The notes beneath the pieces were generated by a model, which saw only the letters and a list, made by a program, of their open reading frames with translations, had not been told where the DNA came from and made no database searches. The position numbers and the translations under genes were made by a program. A stretch of 21,523 bases of DNA, from contig CAVSBT010000045.1 in NCBI GenBank assembly GCA_963726245.1, positions 1 through 21,523 of the forward strand, in the 5' to 3' direction. Below, piece by piece: positions 18,112 through 21,523 of this stretch; within the stretch, counting starts at the first letter, position 1, and the number at the start of each line of letters is the position of its first letter. This stretch comes from an uncultured Chloroflexia bacterium. GTDB lineage: Bacteria > Chloroflexota > Dehalococcoidia > DSTF01 > JALHUB01.

Positions 18112-18255
18112 GCTGTGCTTCTCCCTTTCTGCGCCTCAGCGCCCGGCGACCGGGGTTGCCACAGACGAACACAGACAAAGCACGACTAGTAGACCACCAG
18201 CGCCTGTTGGGAGCAAATGTGAGTGTCCGGGAACCTGCGTGAAACCAGGCCGTAA

Positions 18256-18281
18256 GGACGGAGCTTCAGCTCCGTCCCTAC
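18256..18281 (-). repeat. Single GTAG REP, subfamily B
   Basis: Minus strand GTAG-GGACGGAGCT-GA-AGCTCCGTCC; same architecture as the 11490 copy. Confidence 0.72.
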
Positions 18282-18300
18282 ATCTGGAAGCGAGGCGCTC

Positions 18301-21520
<3,220 letters not shown>

Positions 21521-21523
21521 GGC

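Overview
High-GC bacterial chromosomal segment; the ClpC N-terminus and gene style suggest Chloroflexota, probably Dehalococcoidia (inference). In order: the 3' part of a GrdB/PrdB-family gene with an in-frame TGA in a UxxC motif and a SECIS-like hairpin; rpsA with a ~215-aa repetitive acidic tail; clpC; three tandem GT-C (ArnT/PMT_2-like) membrane glycosyltransferases; a convergent SAM methyltransferase; a GT2 polyprenol-phosphate-sugar synthase plus DUF2304 partner; then, on the minus strand, rodA-mrdA-mreD-mreC-mreB, a crotonase-family enzyme, ligA, and a second divergent, indel-riddled partial ligA. Small repeats include GTAG-type REP hairpins of two subfamilies and a 21-bp palindrome sitting in frame inside two glycosyltransferase genes. 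Single-base frameshifts in conserved genes (clpC, mreB, ligA, the methyltransferase, GT2) point to long-read consensus errors, so frame-based oddities need read-level checking.
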